In this document: positions 18,796 through 27,391 of the stretch, one piece after another | Position numbering within the stretch: the stretch's first letter is position 1 | How the letters are laid out: each line of letters opens with the position of its first letter | IMG/VR virus record: IMGVR_UViG_3300028797_000122 | Source of the DNA: an uncultured virus (IMG/VR IMGVR_UViG_3300028797_000122) | Lineage: Duplodnaviria; Heunggongvirae; Uroviricota; Caudoviricetes | Strand: one strand, 5' to 3' | Length of the DNA stretch: 57,371 bases | Notes under the pieces: generated by a model | The model's input: the letters and a program-made list of their open reading frames with translations, nothing else | What the model was told of the DNA's origin: nothing | Database searches by the model: none | Position numbers and translations under genes: made by a program

Positions 18796-19850
18796 TGAAG
18801 AATTGGGTTTACATCGGCAGGTTCCAACCGTTCCACAACGGCCATCTTGACGTTCTGCACCAGATTATTGACAAGATGGACAAGAATGTGGACACTATTA
18901 CCCTTATCCTCGGGTCTTCCGATTCTGGAAGCCCTAGGAATCCTCTTGACTCGATTACCCGTTACGAAATGATTCAGTCTATCCTTGACAATGACTCGTA
19001 CATTGCCGAGAATAGGGTACGCTGTCGTATTCTCGTAGAGAGCATCCATGATTCTCCGTACAACTGGACCATGTTCGGAAAATGGCTTCAGTCGCAGCTT
19101 CGCCTTCATATGACTCTATGTGACAACATCCTTTGTGGCATGGAGTACATCAAGGAATATGCAAACCTTGTCGGAGTGCCCTATTGGCAGGCAACGGAAA
19201 ACGTACATATCCATGCGACGCAAATCCGTCAGGCCTTTGTCGAGAACGACACCGAGTACCTTAAAGCGAAACTTCCCGCAGGAGTTTTCGCCGACGAGGA
19301 ACTCTATGCACGAATCAAGGAACAAATCGTCAATGCCCGCAACTTGCAGCTCAAATACATCAAGGATTTGAACCCGAAGTACGCATCTGTCTACAAGACG
19401 GTTGACAACGTCGTCCTTTGCGGTGGTCATATCCTGTTTGTCGTCCGCAAGGATAACGGAAAGTACGCCCTCCCTGGCGGATTCCAGGACCCGACGGACC
19501 TTTCCGCACAGAAAGCTGCAGAGCGTGAACTGATGGAGGAAACCGGGTTGGATTCTTCCGATTGGACCCCGTCCGCATCGAAGAATTTCGACGCCCCGTT
19601 CCGTGACCCCCGTTCGAGCGAAAAGGTAAACGCAGAGACTACGGCGTTCCTTTACCGTATCAACCCGAAGTACCTGCTTAGCCCAAACGGCGTGATGGTT
19701 CCTCAGCTTCCGAAGGTGGTAGGCCAGGACGATGCAGCCGACGCTGTATGGCTCAGTCTGAATGAAGTTTGTGGATATCCTGAAAACAGGTTCCATGCAG
19801 ACCACAAGAAAATTATCTTAAACATGCTCGGGCTTGAACCGAGATTCTAA
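18795..19850 (+). CDS. bifunctional NMN/NaMN adenylyltransferase - ADP-ribose pyrophosphatase (NadM-Nudix, NatV-like)
   Basis: IGRFQPFHNGH, NPL, HATQIR; Nudix box PGGF...AAERELMEETG, RDPR, F.ADH. Confidence 0.92.
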   Translation: MKNWVYIGRFQPFHNGHLDVLHQIIDKMDKNVDTITLILGSSDSGSPRNPLDSITRYEMIQSILDNDSYIAENRVRCRILVESIHDSPYNWTMFGKWLQSQLRLHMTLCDNILCGMEYIKEYANLVGVPYWQATENVHIHATQIRQAFVENDTEYLKAKLPAGVFADEELYARIKEQIVNARNLQLKYIKDLNPKYASVYKTVDNVVLCGGHILFVVRKDNGKYALPGGFQDPTDLSAQKAAERELMEETGLDSSDWTPSASKNFDAPFRDPRSSEKVNAETTAFLYRINPKYLLSPNGVMVPQLPKVVGQDDAADAVWLSLNEVCGYPENRFHADHKKIILNMLGLEPRF

Positions 19851-19870
19851 CTCAAAAGGATGGTAATCAA

Positions 19871-21133
19871 ATGCTAGACCATTGGTGTATAGAAAGTCTG
19901 CTTGAGACAGACCTCTACAAGTTCAATATGGATAACCTGTACTTTACCCAGTACAGCGACTACACAGGAAAATGGGCATACAAGTGCCGCAACCGCAAGG
20001 ATGGAAGCGTCGTTGTCTTCACTAAGGAAGACGTTGCCGAAATCAACCGCCAGATTGACCACCTTTGCACCCTCATGTTTACCCAGAGAGAACTTAGCAT
20101 GCTCTTCGGTGAAGCTACCTGGCTTACCCCGTCGTTCAGGCATTTCCTGAGCATGTTCCATCTTGACCGTGACGAAATCCGTGTCGTGTACGACGAAAGC
20201 ATCGAGTCCAAGATGGCAATCGAAGCTGGTGGCGACCTCGACCCGTTGATGCGAAACACTTACTTCGAAATCTACGTTCTCGCCATTGTGAACGAAGTTT
20301 ACTTCTACCATCACAACAAGAACTACGCCGAACTCGAAGAGGAAGCAATCCGTCGTATCGACAAGAAGATTGCACAGCTTGCAAAGGGCGAATACGTTAT
20401 CGGCCCGTTCTCCGAATTTGGCCTCCGTCGTCGTTTCTCCCGCAAGGTTCAGGATTACCTCGTCCGTGCTTTCGCCAATGCCCAGAAGGCTGGTATTCTC
20501 GGTAAGTCCATCTTCCTCGGTACTTCCAATGTGTACCTCGCATTGAAGTACGGTGTGAAGCTTATCGGAACAATCGCCCATGAAGCTGTCGAAGCTATCG
20601 GCCAGGGCGACCCGATGTTCAACCCTGCCTACTCCAACCGTCTCATGATGGACGCATGGCAGAGACAGTACAAGGGCTGCAACGGTATCTACCTCACCGA
20701 CTGTGTCCGTACCGATACATTCCTCATGGACCTCACCCGTAACGATGTCCGTGTCTGGGATGGTTTCAGACACGATTCGGGCGACCCGTATGCTTGGGGC
20801 GAAAAGATGATTGATGCAATCCAGCGTCTCGGTGGCGACCCGATGCAGAAGACTTTGCTCTTCTCCGACTCCCTCGACTTCGAACGTGCAAGCAAGCTCT
20901 ACGCCCATTTCAGCCCTCGTGCCAAGGTAGGCTTCGGTATCGGAACCTTCCTGTCCAACGACTGCGGAGTGGAACCGCTCAACCAGGTCATGAAGCTCAT
21001 CGAATGCAATGGCCGTCCTGTCGCAAAGATTTCCGACACCGAAGGAAAGCTTATGTGCCGTGATGCCGGATATGTCGATTGGCTGAAGCGTACGCTTGAC
21101 TGGCGTCTTACCCACGAAGTTAAAAAATTCTAA
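19871..21133 (+). CDS. pncB: nicotinate phosphoribosyltransferase
   Basis: TDLYK, EFGLRRR, GTSN, GTIAHE, RHDSGDP, FSDSLD, FGIGT, AKISD. Confidence 0.93.
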   Translation: MLDHWCIESLLETDLYKFNMDNLYFTQYSDYTGKWAYKCRNRKDGSVVVFTKEDVAEINRQIDHLCTLMFTQRELSMLFGEATWLTPSFRHFLSMFHLDRDEIRVVYDESIESKMAIEAGGDLDPLMRNTYFEIYVLAIVNEVYFYHHNKNYAELEEEAIRRIDKKIAQLAKGEYVIGPFSEFGLRRRFSRKVQDYLVRAFANAQKAGILGKSIFLGTSNVYLALKYGVKLIGTIAHEAVEAIGQGDPMFNPAYSNRLMMDAWQRQYKGCNGIYLTDCVRTDTFLMDLTRNDVRVWDGFRHDSGDPYAWGEKMIDAIQRLGGDPMQKTLLFSDSLDFERASKLYAHFSPRAKVGFGIGTFLSNDCGVEPLNQVMKLIECNGRPVAKISDTEGKLMCRDAGYVDWLKRTLDWRLTHEVKKF

Positions 21134-21142
21134 GATAATCCC

Positions 21143-21171
21143 TTGACAGGAGTCTTTTAATTAGTTATATT
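21143..21171 (+). promoter_or_regulatory. sigma70-type early promoter
   Basis: TTGACA-N17-TATATT. Confidence 0.8.
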
Positions 21172-21199
21172 AAGTGACGGAAACATCCGTCACTTTTTT
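21172..21199 (+). terminator. terminator overlapping the predicted TSS
   Basis: AAGTGACGGA-AACA-TCCGTCACTT plus TTTT. Confidence 0.7.
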
Positions 21200-21213
21200 A
21201 TTAGGAGTAAATC

Positions 21214-21825
21214 ATGATTCAACACGTTGTTGGCGACATGCTCGATTTCAGTAAGGATACACCCGATATCATCATCCACCAGACCAACTGCGAAGGCAAG
21301 ATGGGTGGCGGTGTAGCCAAGGTCATCAAGGAAAAGTTCCCTAAGGTCTATGTGGAATATCTCGAATTTATCGCACACAATCTGTTCGAACAGCGGGATA
21401 CCATAGCTCTGCCGATAAAGTGCAGCAACCTGCTTGGAAGATTTTTTTACAGCGATGTTACTGTCGGTGACAAGAGCGTACTTTTTGTCGACCTGTTTGC
21501 TCAGGATAGTTGCTCGGAAGGAACAAGCTCGTTTAGCGAAAAGCGCTTTACCAGCTACGATGCGATGCACGAGGGACTGATTGATATCAGAAACATGCTT
21601 GTGTTTTCGTATCATGTTCAGAAGTTGCATGGCACCCGTCCTGTCAAAATCTGGATGCCAGAAAAGATTGGTTGTGTCAAGGGCGGCGGTAAGTATGAAA
21701 TCGTCAAGGCAATCGTCGAAAGCGTGTTCGACAATCCTAGCTTCAGCAATATGATTGACCTTACCCTGTTCACCTTGCCTGAAAAGAATTCTAACTTGCC
21801 TAAGGGACCTTTCGATGCGATGTAA
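21214..21825 (+). CDS. macrodomain protein (ADP-ribose binding/hydrolase)
   Basis: GD, HQTNC.GKMGGGVA..IK.KFP, LFAQ, P.KIGC..GGG. Confidence 0.88.
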   Translation: MIQHVVGDMLDFSKDTPDIIIHQTNCEGKMGGGVAKVIKEKFPKVYVEYLEFIAHNLFEQRDTIALPIKCSNLLGRFFYSDVTVGDKSVLFVDLFAQDSCSEGTSSFSEKRFTSYDAMHEGLIDIRNMLVFSYHVQKLHGTRPVKIWMPEKIGCVKGGGKYEIVKAIVESVFDNPSFSNMIDLTLFTLPEKNSNLPKGPFDAM

Positions 21826-22099
21826 GAATTGTCCCTACGAAGATTACGACTACCAGGAGAATTATCCGTGTTGTCAGCTCTTCGGCGATAACGAGGACTT
21901 TATCTATGAAAACTCCAAGGGCGAACTCGGATGCAAATACAACATGCGTAGTCTGCAGAAGTTCGTCCGGGAGCGAGAAGAGGACGAAAAGGTTATCGTG
22001 CAACAGATGGGAGATTTCGTGAAATGGTGCGAAGAGCACCCGAACCCTCCCTATGACGACCCAGAACCCGAGGTGAAAAATGATACGAGAAAAGAGTGA
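21815..22099 (+). CDS. hypothetical Cys-containing protein
   Basis: ORF, CxxCP. Confidence 0.65.
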   Translation: MRCKNCPYEDYDYQENYPCCQLFGDNEDFIYENSKGELGCKYNMRSLQKFVREREEDEKVIVQQMGDFVKWCEEHPNPPYDDPEPEVKNDTRKE

Positions 22100-22256
22100 C
22101 TTCAAGTGCCGCCACGACCTGCTTGAAATCTGGGAGTGGATGGAAGGGACGTTCATCAGGGAGTGCCTCAACAAGGGTATCGACCCAGACGATTTTGGCG
22201 AAATCGACGTGTCTTTCTCCGTCGCAGTAAAGCAAACAAGAAAACCTGAACCGTAA
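22080..22256 (+). CDS. hypothetical protein (58 aa, not in ORF track)
   Basis: GAGG RBS, fills the gap. Confidence 0.55.
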   Translation: MIREKSDFKCRHDLLEIWEWMEGTFIRECLNKGIDPDDFGEIDVSFSVAVKQTRKPEP

Positions 22257-22264
22257 CTAAAAAT

Positions 22265-22585
22265 ATGGCATTCCATCATCATTTCGGAACACATTACAGC
22301 ACGTTGAACCCAGTTCACCCGCTGAACCAATTTAATCCGGCAAGCCCGTACTATCACTTGTACCACAGCAAGAATGATGTGCTCGTCCAGCCACACCAGG
22401 CAGTATCGTTTGAAGCACAGGAATTTCTCGTCATGGGCGGTTGCTTCCTGACGGCAGTGTTAATCGTTGCCGCCATCGGAACCATTATCAGGCACAGAAG
22501 CAACAAGAAATTTGATGCTAAACTGAAACAGATTGAGAAACGCTGGAAGAACTCCCCGTTGAAACCCAAAATTGAAAGGGAATGA
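22265..22585 (+). CDS. hypothetical single-TM protein
   Basis: NP repeats (NPVHPLNQFNPASP) plus TM segment. Confidence 0.65.
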   Translation: MAFHHHFGTHYSTLNPVHPLNQFNPASPYYHLYHSKNDVLVQPHQAVSFEAQEFLVMGGCFLTAVLIVAAIGTIIRHRSNKKFDAKLKQIEKRWKNSPLKPKIERE

Positions 22586-22878
22586 GTATGCACCCGTACA
22601 AGATTAGAGTGTTCCTTGACCATAGCGGTGTCGTAACGGATTTCGTCATGGCGGACACCGAGTTCGAGACAATCGAGGCTGCCCGCCTGTACATCAAGAA
22701 GCAGTTCGACGATACCATCACAAATCTCGAAAATACGAACACGTCCTATACCGTGTCCTGTATTGCCAACAAGGACAGCATTGATATCCCACGGGGTTAT
22801 CAACAGGATTACGAATCCGTCTTTTACAAAAAGCTATTTACGGATAATTTCACGATGATTATGGAAATCATCCGATAG
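22582..22878 (+). CDS. hypothetical protein
   Basis: coupled ORF. Confidence 0.65.
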   Translation: MSMHPYKIRVFLDHSGVVTDFVMADTEFETIEAARLYIKKQFDDTITNLENTNTSYTVSCIANKDSIDIPRGYQQDYESVFYKKLFTDNFTMIMEIIR

Positions 22879-22890
22879 GAGACATGGACT

Positions 22891-23277
22891 ATGAATTACA
22901 ACTACAAAAAGAACATTGACAAGCAAATCATAAAGCTTCGCTTTGTTCATTCATACAAGGAGTATTATTCCTTGCAGTTCAAAACTACTGGATGGTTTGC
23001 CAAGTGGATTACCGTAGAAGAATACAATCCTACGATAAGCGCTGCCGATAAACCATGCGGAATAACATCGTATGGCAACTGGGAAAATCGTTGGTGGAAA
23101 ATCGAATCTAACGAGTACGGGAAGAAACTTCTGGACGAACTTAGGGCCAAGCTGAAAACAGTCGGCGACATTTACAGTACCTATATCGAGCCTGAAGAAA
23201 AACGCATGGCAGCCGACTATAAAAGATACGAGGAGTACTGGGATAAAATAAATTCAGTTAGCGCTATTATCAAATAG
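22891..23277 (+). CDS. hypothetical protein
   Basis: ORF with RBS. Confidence 0.7.
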   Translation: MNYNYKKNIDKQIIKLRFVHSYKEYYSLQFKTTGWFAKWITVEEYNPTISAADKPCGITSYGNWENRWWKIESNEYGKKLLDELRAKLKTVGDIYSTYIEPEEKRMAADYKRYEEYWDKINSVSAIIK

Positions 23278-23280
23278 TGG

Positions 23281-23309
23281 TTGACAACCTTTTCGTATTT
23301 ATCTATATT
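23281..23309 (+). promoter_or_regulatory. sigma70-type early promoter for nadE
   Basis: TTGACA-N17-TATATT. Confidence 0.8.
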
Positions 23310-23340
23310 TCCATTGAAAATATCAAAAACGAGGTATGAT

Positions 23341-24165
23341 ATGAATATGGCCGATACGGCGTATAAGAAACTCTTTGATGTTGCTAAAGAGTGCGACTTG
23401 ATGAAAGCTCACATGTTTAAATGGTTTGCCGAACACGGGTTTACCAAGGCTGTCGTCGGGGTTTCTGGCGGGGCTGACTCGACCGTTACTTGCAAGGTTG
23501 CTTGCGACGTGCTTGGCCCAAAGAATGTGTACGCAGTGAAGATGCCGAACGGAGTCCAGGCTGACATCGCCGACTCCAACAGTGTCGTTGAATTTTGCGA
23601 CTGCAATGAATCCACGATTAACATTTCCGATGCGTTCAAGGGCTTGAACGAACAGTTCATCAAGAGCGGTTTCGAACTCAACAGTGTCTACTCGACGAAC
23701 ACTCCCGCACGCCTCCGTATGGCTACTCTCTATGGTGTTTCCGCCATTGTAGGTGGCGTTGTCCTCAATACCTGCAACCTTTCCGAAGACTGTGCATGGG
23801 GCAACTTCTCCACGCTCTATGGTGACAACGCTGGTTCCTATGCATGTCTCCAGGGCTTTACCAAGACCGAAGTGCGTATGCTTGGCGAATATCTCGGCAT
23901 CCCGAGCAAACTCGTGTGGAAGACTCCTAGCGACGGCATGTGCGGCAAGTCCGACGAAGCTAGAATTGCCGAACTGTCTGGGGTGAGCAAATTTACTTAT
24001 GCCGAGTTCGACAAGTTCATCCGTGGATTGGAAACCTCTTTCAGCCGTAGCGACATGCAGCGTCTCATCTGGGGTTACAAGAAGGGCACGTTCAAGAATG
24101 AACTCGTGAACATCCCGCATTATACTCCCAAGCTTCCCAACGTATTTATCGACAACAAGTGGTAA
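23341..24165 (+). CDS. nadE: NH3-dependent NAD+ synthetase
   Basis: GVSGGADS PP-loop, N..ARLRM, NT.N.SE, TLYGD, KTEV, KTPSDG; no glutaminase domain. Confidence 0.92.
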   Translation: MNMADTAYKKLFDVAKECDLMKAHMFKWFAEHGFTKAVVGVSGGADSTVTCKVACDVLGPKNVYAVKMPNGVQADIADSNSVVEFCDCNESTINISDAFKGLNEQFIKSGFELNSVYSTNTPARLRMATLYGVSAIVGGVVLNTCNLSEDCAWGNFSTLYGDNAGSYACLQGFTKTEVRMLGEYLGIPSKLVWKTPSDGMCGKSDEARIAELSGVSKFTYAEFDKFIRGLETSFSRSDMQRLIWGYKKGTFKNELVNIPHYTPKLPNVFIDNKW

Positions 24166-24168
24166 ATC

Positions 24169-24621
24169 ATGAGCAGTCTTTATGTAGGAGAGATATCTCT
24201 CGACACGTTCAAGGAGGTGTGCGAACGCCACCATCTTGAAACCGAGACGCCATCAGAAGACGGAATGGGGTTGTTCTGTGCTGTCCTCAACGTGACGGAA
24301 GACGTGTTCATGCTTATCACGTACTCGGACGAGGCCGATGGCCGCAAGTACGTGAGCCTGTTCGCATCTAACCGCAAGACGGGTTCCACGCAGAAGATAA
24401 GTCACGTCCCTGCGTACCACAACAACCTCATCAGCGCAATCAGGACGGCAAACCGTTTTTACGACGACACCAAGGCAAGGGGGCTTGCAGTAGTCCCCCG
24501 CAAAATAAAGAAGGATGACAATGAAGGTAATGGTAACGGGCCACAGGCCAGAGAGAATAACGGGCAGGGAACAGGAAATCAAGGAATGGCTGACGAAGAA
24601 GGTCGAGGAACTGAAACCTAG
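24169..24621 (+). CDS. hypothetical protein
   Basis: ORF; 3' end overlaps the next gene. Confidence 0.6.
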   Translation: MSSLYVGEISLDTFKEVCERHHLETETPSEDGMGLFCAVLNVTEDVFMLITYSDEADGRKYVSLFASNRKTGSTQKISHVPAYHNNLISAIRTANRFYDDTKARGLAVVPRKIKKDDNEGNGNGPQARENNGQGTGNQGMADEEGRGTET

Positions 24622-25015
24622 CGACTGCATCTCCGGGATGGCCCAGGGTGCCGACCAGATTTATGCGGAGGTCGCTTATGAAAAGGGTATTCCTCTTATT
24701 TGTGCTTGGCCTTATGAGCGCAAGCTTCATCCTGTTGAGCAGAAGTATCACGACTATGCGGAAGTGAACCATGTTGCCTTCCACAAGTTCCAGCCAAGCT
24801 GCTATGCCACCCGTGACAAGTGGATGGTGGACAACTGCGACATCGTCCTTGCCGTATGGGACGGAAACCCTGTCGGCGGCACTTACGACACGATTGAGTA
24901 CGCCAAGCAGAAGCACAAGCACATCTACCTCTTCCCTTGGACTGCGGAATCAATCACTGAGATTATCCCGATGAACCCTCCGCAGAAAACACCCGACGGT
25001 TGGACCCTCTACTAG
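24521..25015 (+). CDS. SLOG-superfamily (YspA/DUF1273-like) protein
   Basis: VTGHRP, ISGMAQGAD, RDKWMVDNCD.VLAVWDG...GGT..TI.YA. Confidence 0.85.
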   Translation: MKVMVTGHRPERITGREQEIKEWLTKKVEELKPSDCISGMAQGADQIYAEVAYEKGIPLICAWPYERKLHPVEQKYHDYAEVNHVAFHKFQPSCYATRDKWMVDNCDIVLAVWDGNPVGGTYDTIEYAKQKHKHIYLFPWTAESITEIIPMNPPQKTPDGWTLY

Positions 25016-25024
25016 GAGCGAAAC

Positions 25025-25234
25025 ATGTCCAAGTTCAGCAAGAAGGAAAGGGCCAACATCGCCAGAGTCCGCAAGGAAATGAAGCAGACTCGGGAATACA
25101 AGGATTTGCTCGTGTTGAAGGAAAAGTTCAACCGAAAGGAAATAACCGAAACCGAGTATATCGAAGAAATGGGGAAACTCCTGAAAGGAATCCAGGAAGC
25201 CCCGCAACCAATAAATCTTAAAACATCAACTTAA
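25025..25234 (+). CDS. hypothetical protein
   Basis: AGGAG RBS. Confidence 0.65.
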   Translation: MSKFSKKERANIARVRKEMKQTREYKDLLVLKEKFNRKEITETEYIEEMGKLLKGIQEAPQPINLKTST

Positions 25235-25244
25235 TGGAGTAACC

Positions 25245-25715
25245 ATGAACAACCTCAGTCAACTCGAACAGGCAATCGCCATCCCCACCGCTATCGTAGC
25301 CGACCTCAACAAGGCGAAGGAATATATCGACGCCGACAAGAAGGATGAAGCAAAGCAGCTTATCGACAAGGTGGCAAAATTCATGCAGTCGCAGGCCGAC
25401 ATGGCAAAGCAGCAGTATGACGCAATCATGAAGAAGCACGAAGAGGCGATGGAAGTCATGAAGAAGGACAAGCACGTTGACATCAATGACCCGTTCATCA
25501 TGATGCTCAATGAAAGCACCTACACTTTCAAGCGCAAGGAATGGGATGCTGGCATCCGCTACATCCGTGACCAGGACAAGAAGACTGTCTGCCGTGCCCG
25601 CAACGTCGGTGGCCTCCTCACCGATATTGAAAAGACTGACCTCCAAGACCCGTTCGCTAGCCTCCAGATGCAGGCTCCCGCACAGCAGGCAGCAAGCCCA
25701 ATCATCAAGGGTTAG
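25245..25715 (+). CDS. hypothetical helical protein
   Basis: GGAG RBS. Confidence 0.75.
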   Translation: MNNLSQLEQAIAIPTAIVADLNKAKEYIDADKKDEAKQLIDKVAKFMQSQADMAKQQYDAIMKKHEEAMEVMKKDKHVDINDPFIMMLNESTYTFKRKEWDAGIRYIRDQDKKTVCRARNVGGLLTDIEKTDLQDPFASLQMQAPAQQAASPIIKG

Positions 25716-25718
25716 TCC

Positions 25719-25976
25719 ATGACCAAGAACGAGTTCGTAAAGGCTTGCGAAAAGGTCGGATGCACAGTTTCCGAAGGGAGGGTGATGCTCGGGGATATCC
25801 AACTCGGCTACTACTGGAACGACAGTTTCGATATAGTGGCCGACCCCAAGATTTTCAACCTTAGGGCAACCTGGAAGTACACCCAAGTCGACCTCAACAC
25901 TTTCAAGGTTCTCCTTAAAGACGTGGTCGACGGAATCAAGAAATCAAAGGAAGTCAAAGATGCTTCGAGAAATTAA
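25719..25976 (+). CDS. hypothetical protein
   Basis: ORF in operon. Confidence 0.65.
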   Translation: MTKNEFVKACEKVGCTVSEGRVMLGDIQLGYYWNDSFDIVADPKIFNLRATWKYTQVDLNTFKVLLKDVVDGIKKSKEVKDASRN

Positions 25977-26241
25977 CAAAGACTATGTCAACCTCAATCT
26001 AGTCGAGGTTGTGCGCCCGATTGAAACTGACAAGATAGTGACAGGCTACCAAATCATTTTGATATCGGGACGCAATTACACGGTAAGCAAGAAAGTAGGA
26101 GATTCTATCCGTCTCGCAATGAATGCCAGCAGTACCACGGTAGTAGGAAACGCTGCCAAGAAGAAATCAGATAAAAGCCTTCAGGAAGTCCTCCAAATGG
26201 CAAAAGCTGTTAACAACCCGTTGAAAGGTAAGTTGAAATGA
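25960..26241 (+). CDS. hypothetical protein
   Basis: ORF in operon. Confidence 0.6.
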   Translation: MLREINKDYVNLNLVEVVRPIETDKIVTGYQIILISGRNYTVSKKVGDSIRLAMNASSTTVVGNAAKKKSDKSLQEVLQMAKAVNNPLKGKLK

Positions 26242-26864
26242 GTGATTGGCTTAACAACATCAAGGCGTTCGGTGACACTAAGCTGGAACTCCGTGCAGTA
26301 ACCTTGTTCGAGGAGTTCAAGAAGGTTGTCATCAAGGCTGGGGTTGAAAATCCAGACGAGTATGCGGAAAACATGTTCGACCGCATTATGCACATCTTCA
26401 AGACCACCGAAAGGACATACTGCGTCGGTCCGCATGACGGCGTAATCGACTCGTTCTTCGGGCCGTACCGATTCCTTAGCAACTTCGAACCGTGTACCGT
26501 GGAATACGAGGGGATGACCTACAACTGTTCCGAAGCTGCATACCAGGCAGCTAAGACGACGGATGTTTCCCTCCGTATCGCCTTCGCTACGATGAACGGT
26601 TCCAAGGCGAAGTTTGCTGGCCAGAAACTCCCGATTCGAGCAGACTGGAACGATGTCAAGGTCGATGTTATGTACCAAATCGTGAAGGACAAGTTCTCCC
26701 GCAATCCAGAGTTGAAAGAGAAGCTCCTCAGTACGGGAACTCTCCAGCTCATAGAGGGCAACTACTGGGGCGACAAGTTCTGGGGTATCTGCAACGGGGA
26801 AGGCGAAAACCATCTCGGCAAGATTCTCATGAGGGTCCGCAGGGAACTGTCCAAACAAATTTAG
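26238..26864 (+). CDS. NADAR (YbiA-like) family protein with N-terminal extension
   Basis: FLSNF, SEAAYQA.K, R.DW..VK..VM, KF..NP.L...LL.TG...LIEGN.WGD.FWG...G.GENHLGKILM. Confidence 0.93.
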   Translation: MSDWLNNIKAFGDTKLELRAVTLFEEFKKVVIKAGVENPDEYAENMFDRIMHIFKTTERTYCVGPHDGVIDSFFGPYRFLSNFEPCTVEYEGMTYNCSEAAYQAAKTTDVSLRIAFATMNGSKAKFAGQKLPIRADWNDVKVDVMYQIVKDKFSRNPELKEKLLSTGTLQLIEGNYWGDKFWGICNGEGENHLGKILMRVRRELSKQI

Positions 26865-26876
26865 TTGGAGAATGTT

Positions 26877-27140
26877 ATGACCTACATTTATTGGGAAGAT
26901 GAATTCAAATGGGGCATGTACGGCGCCCATGGCAAGGATGGAACACCAGGAACTGGAATCCTCGTTAATCCGACCGCTCCGTTCAAGGGCGTATGCCAGC
27001 GTTGCGGTAAGCTAACCAAGGTTCGCCACTATCCGTATTCCCCCGCAGATAACAGCTTCGGCGTATATTGTGAACGCTGCATGAAGGTAATCGACGAGGA
27101 AATGTCGGCCCCAGACGAGTTTCCAGAAGAAGAACTTTAA
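26877..27140 (+). CDS. hypothetical Zn-finger protein
   Basis: CQRC...CERC. Confidence 0.65.
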   Translation: MTYIYWEDEFKWGMYGAHGKDGTPGTGILVNPTAPFKGVCQRCGKLTKVRHYPYSPADNSFGVYCERCMKVIDEEMSAPDEFPEEEL

Positions 27141-27161
27141 CCATCAACAAGGAGAAATACC

Positions 27162-27371
27162 ATGGCAAAGGAATTTGAAGTTACATACACGGTCAAGCGT
27201 AAGTTTACCATCCCCGATACGGCAACGGATGAAGAATACGATGCCATGAAGGATATGGTGGTCGCTGCCATTGCTAAGGACGGTGTCCAGGGTGATATCA
27301 AGGTAAAGCTCACCGATGCGCCTGACGAAATCAGGCAGAAGTACATCATCAACAAGGACTGTCAGGATTAA
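27162..27371 (+). CDS. hypothetical protein
   Basis: AGGAG RBS. Confidence 0.7.
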   Translation: MAKEFEVTYTVKRKFTIPDTATDEEYDAMKDMVVAAIAKDGVQGDIKVKLTDAPDEIRQKYIINKDCQD

Positions 27372-27391
27372 CTCTAAAAGGAAATATCTTT

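Noticed and set aside
23281..23340. N-terminal extension of NadE from the TTG start
   Set aside because: The TTG is the -35 box of the promoter; the RBS-supported ATG is at 23341.
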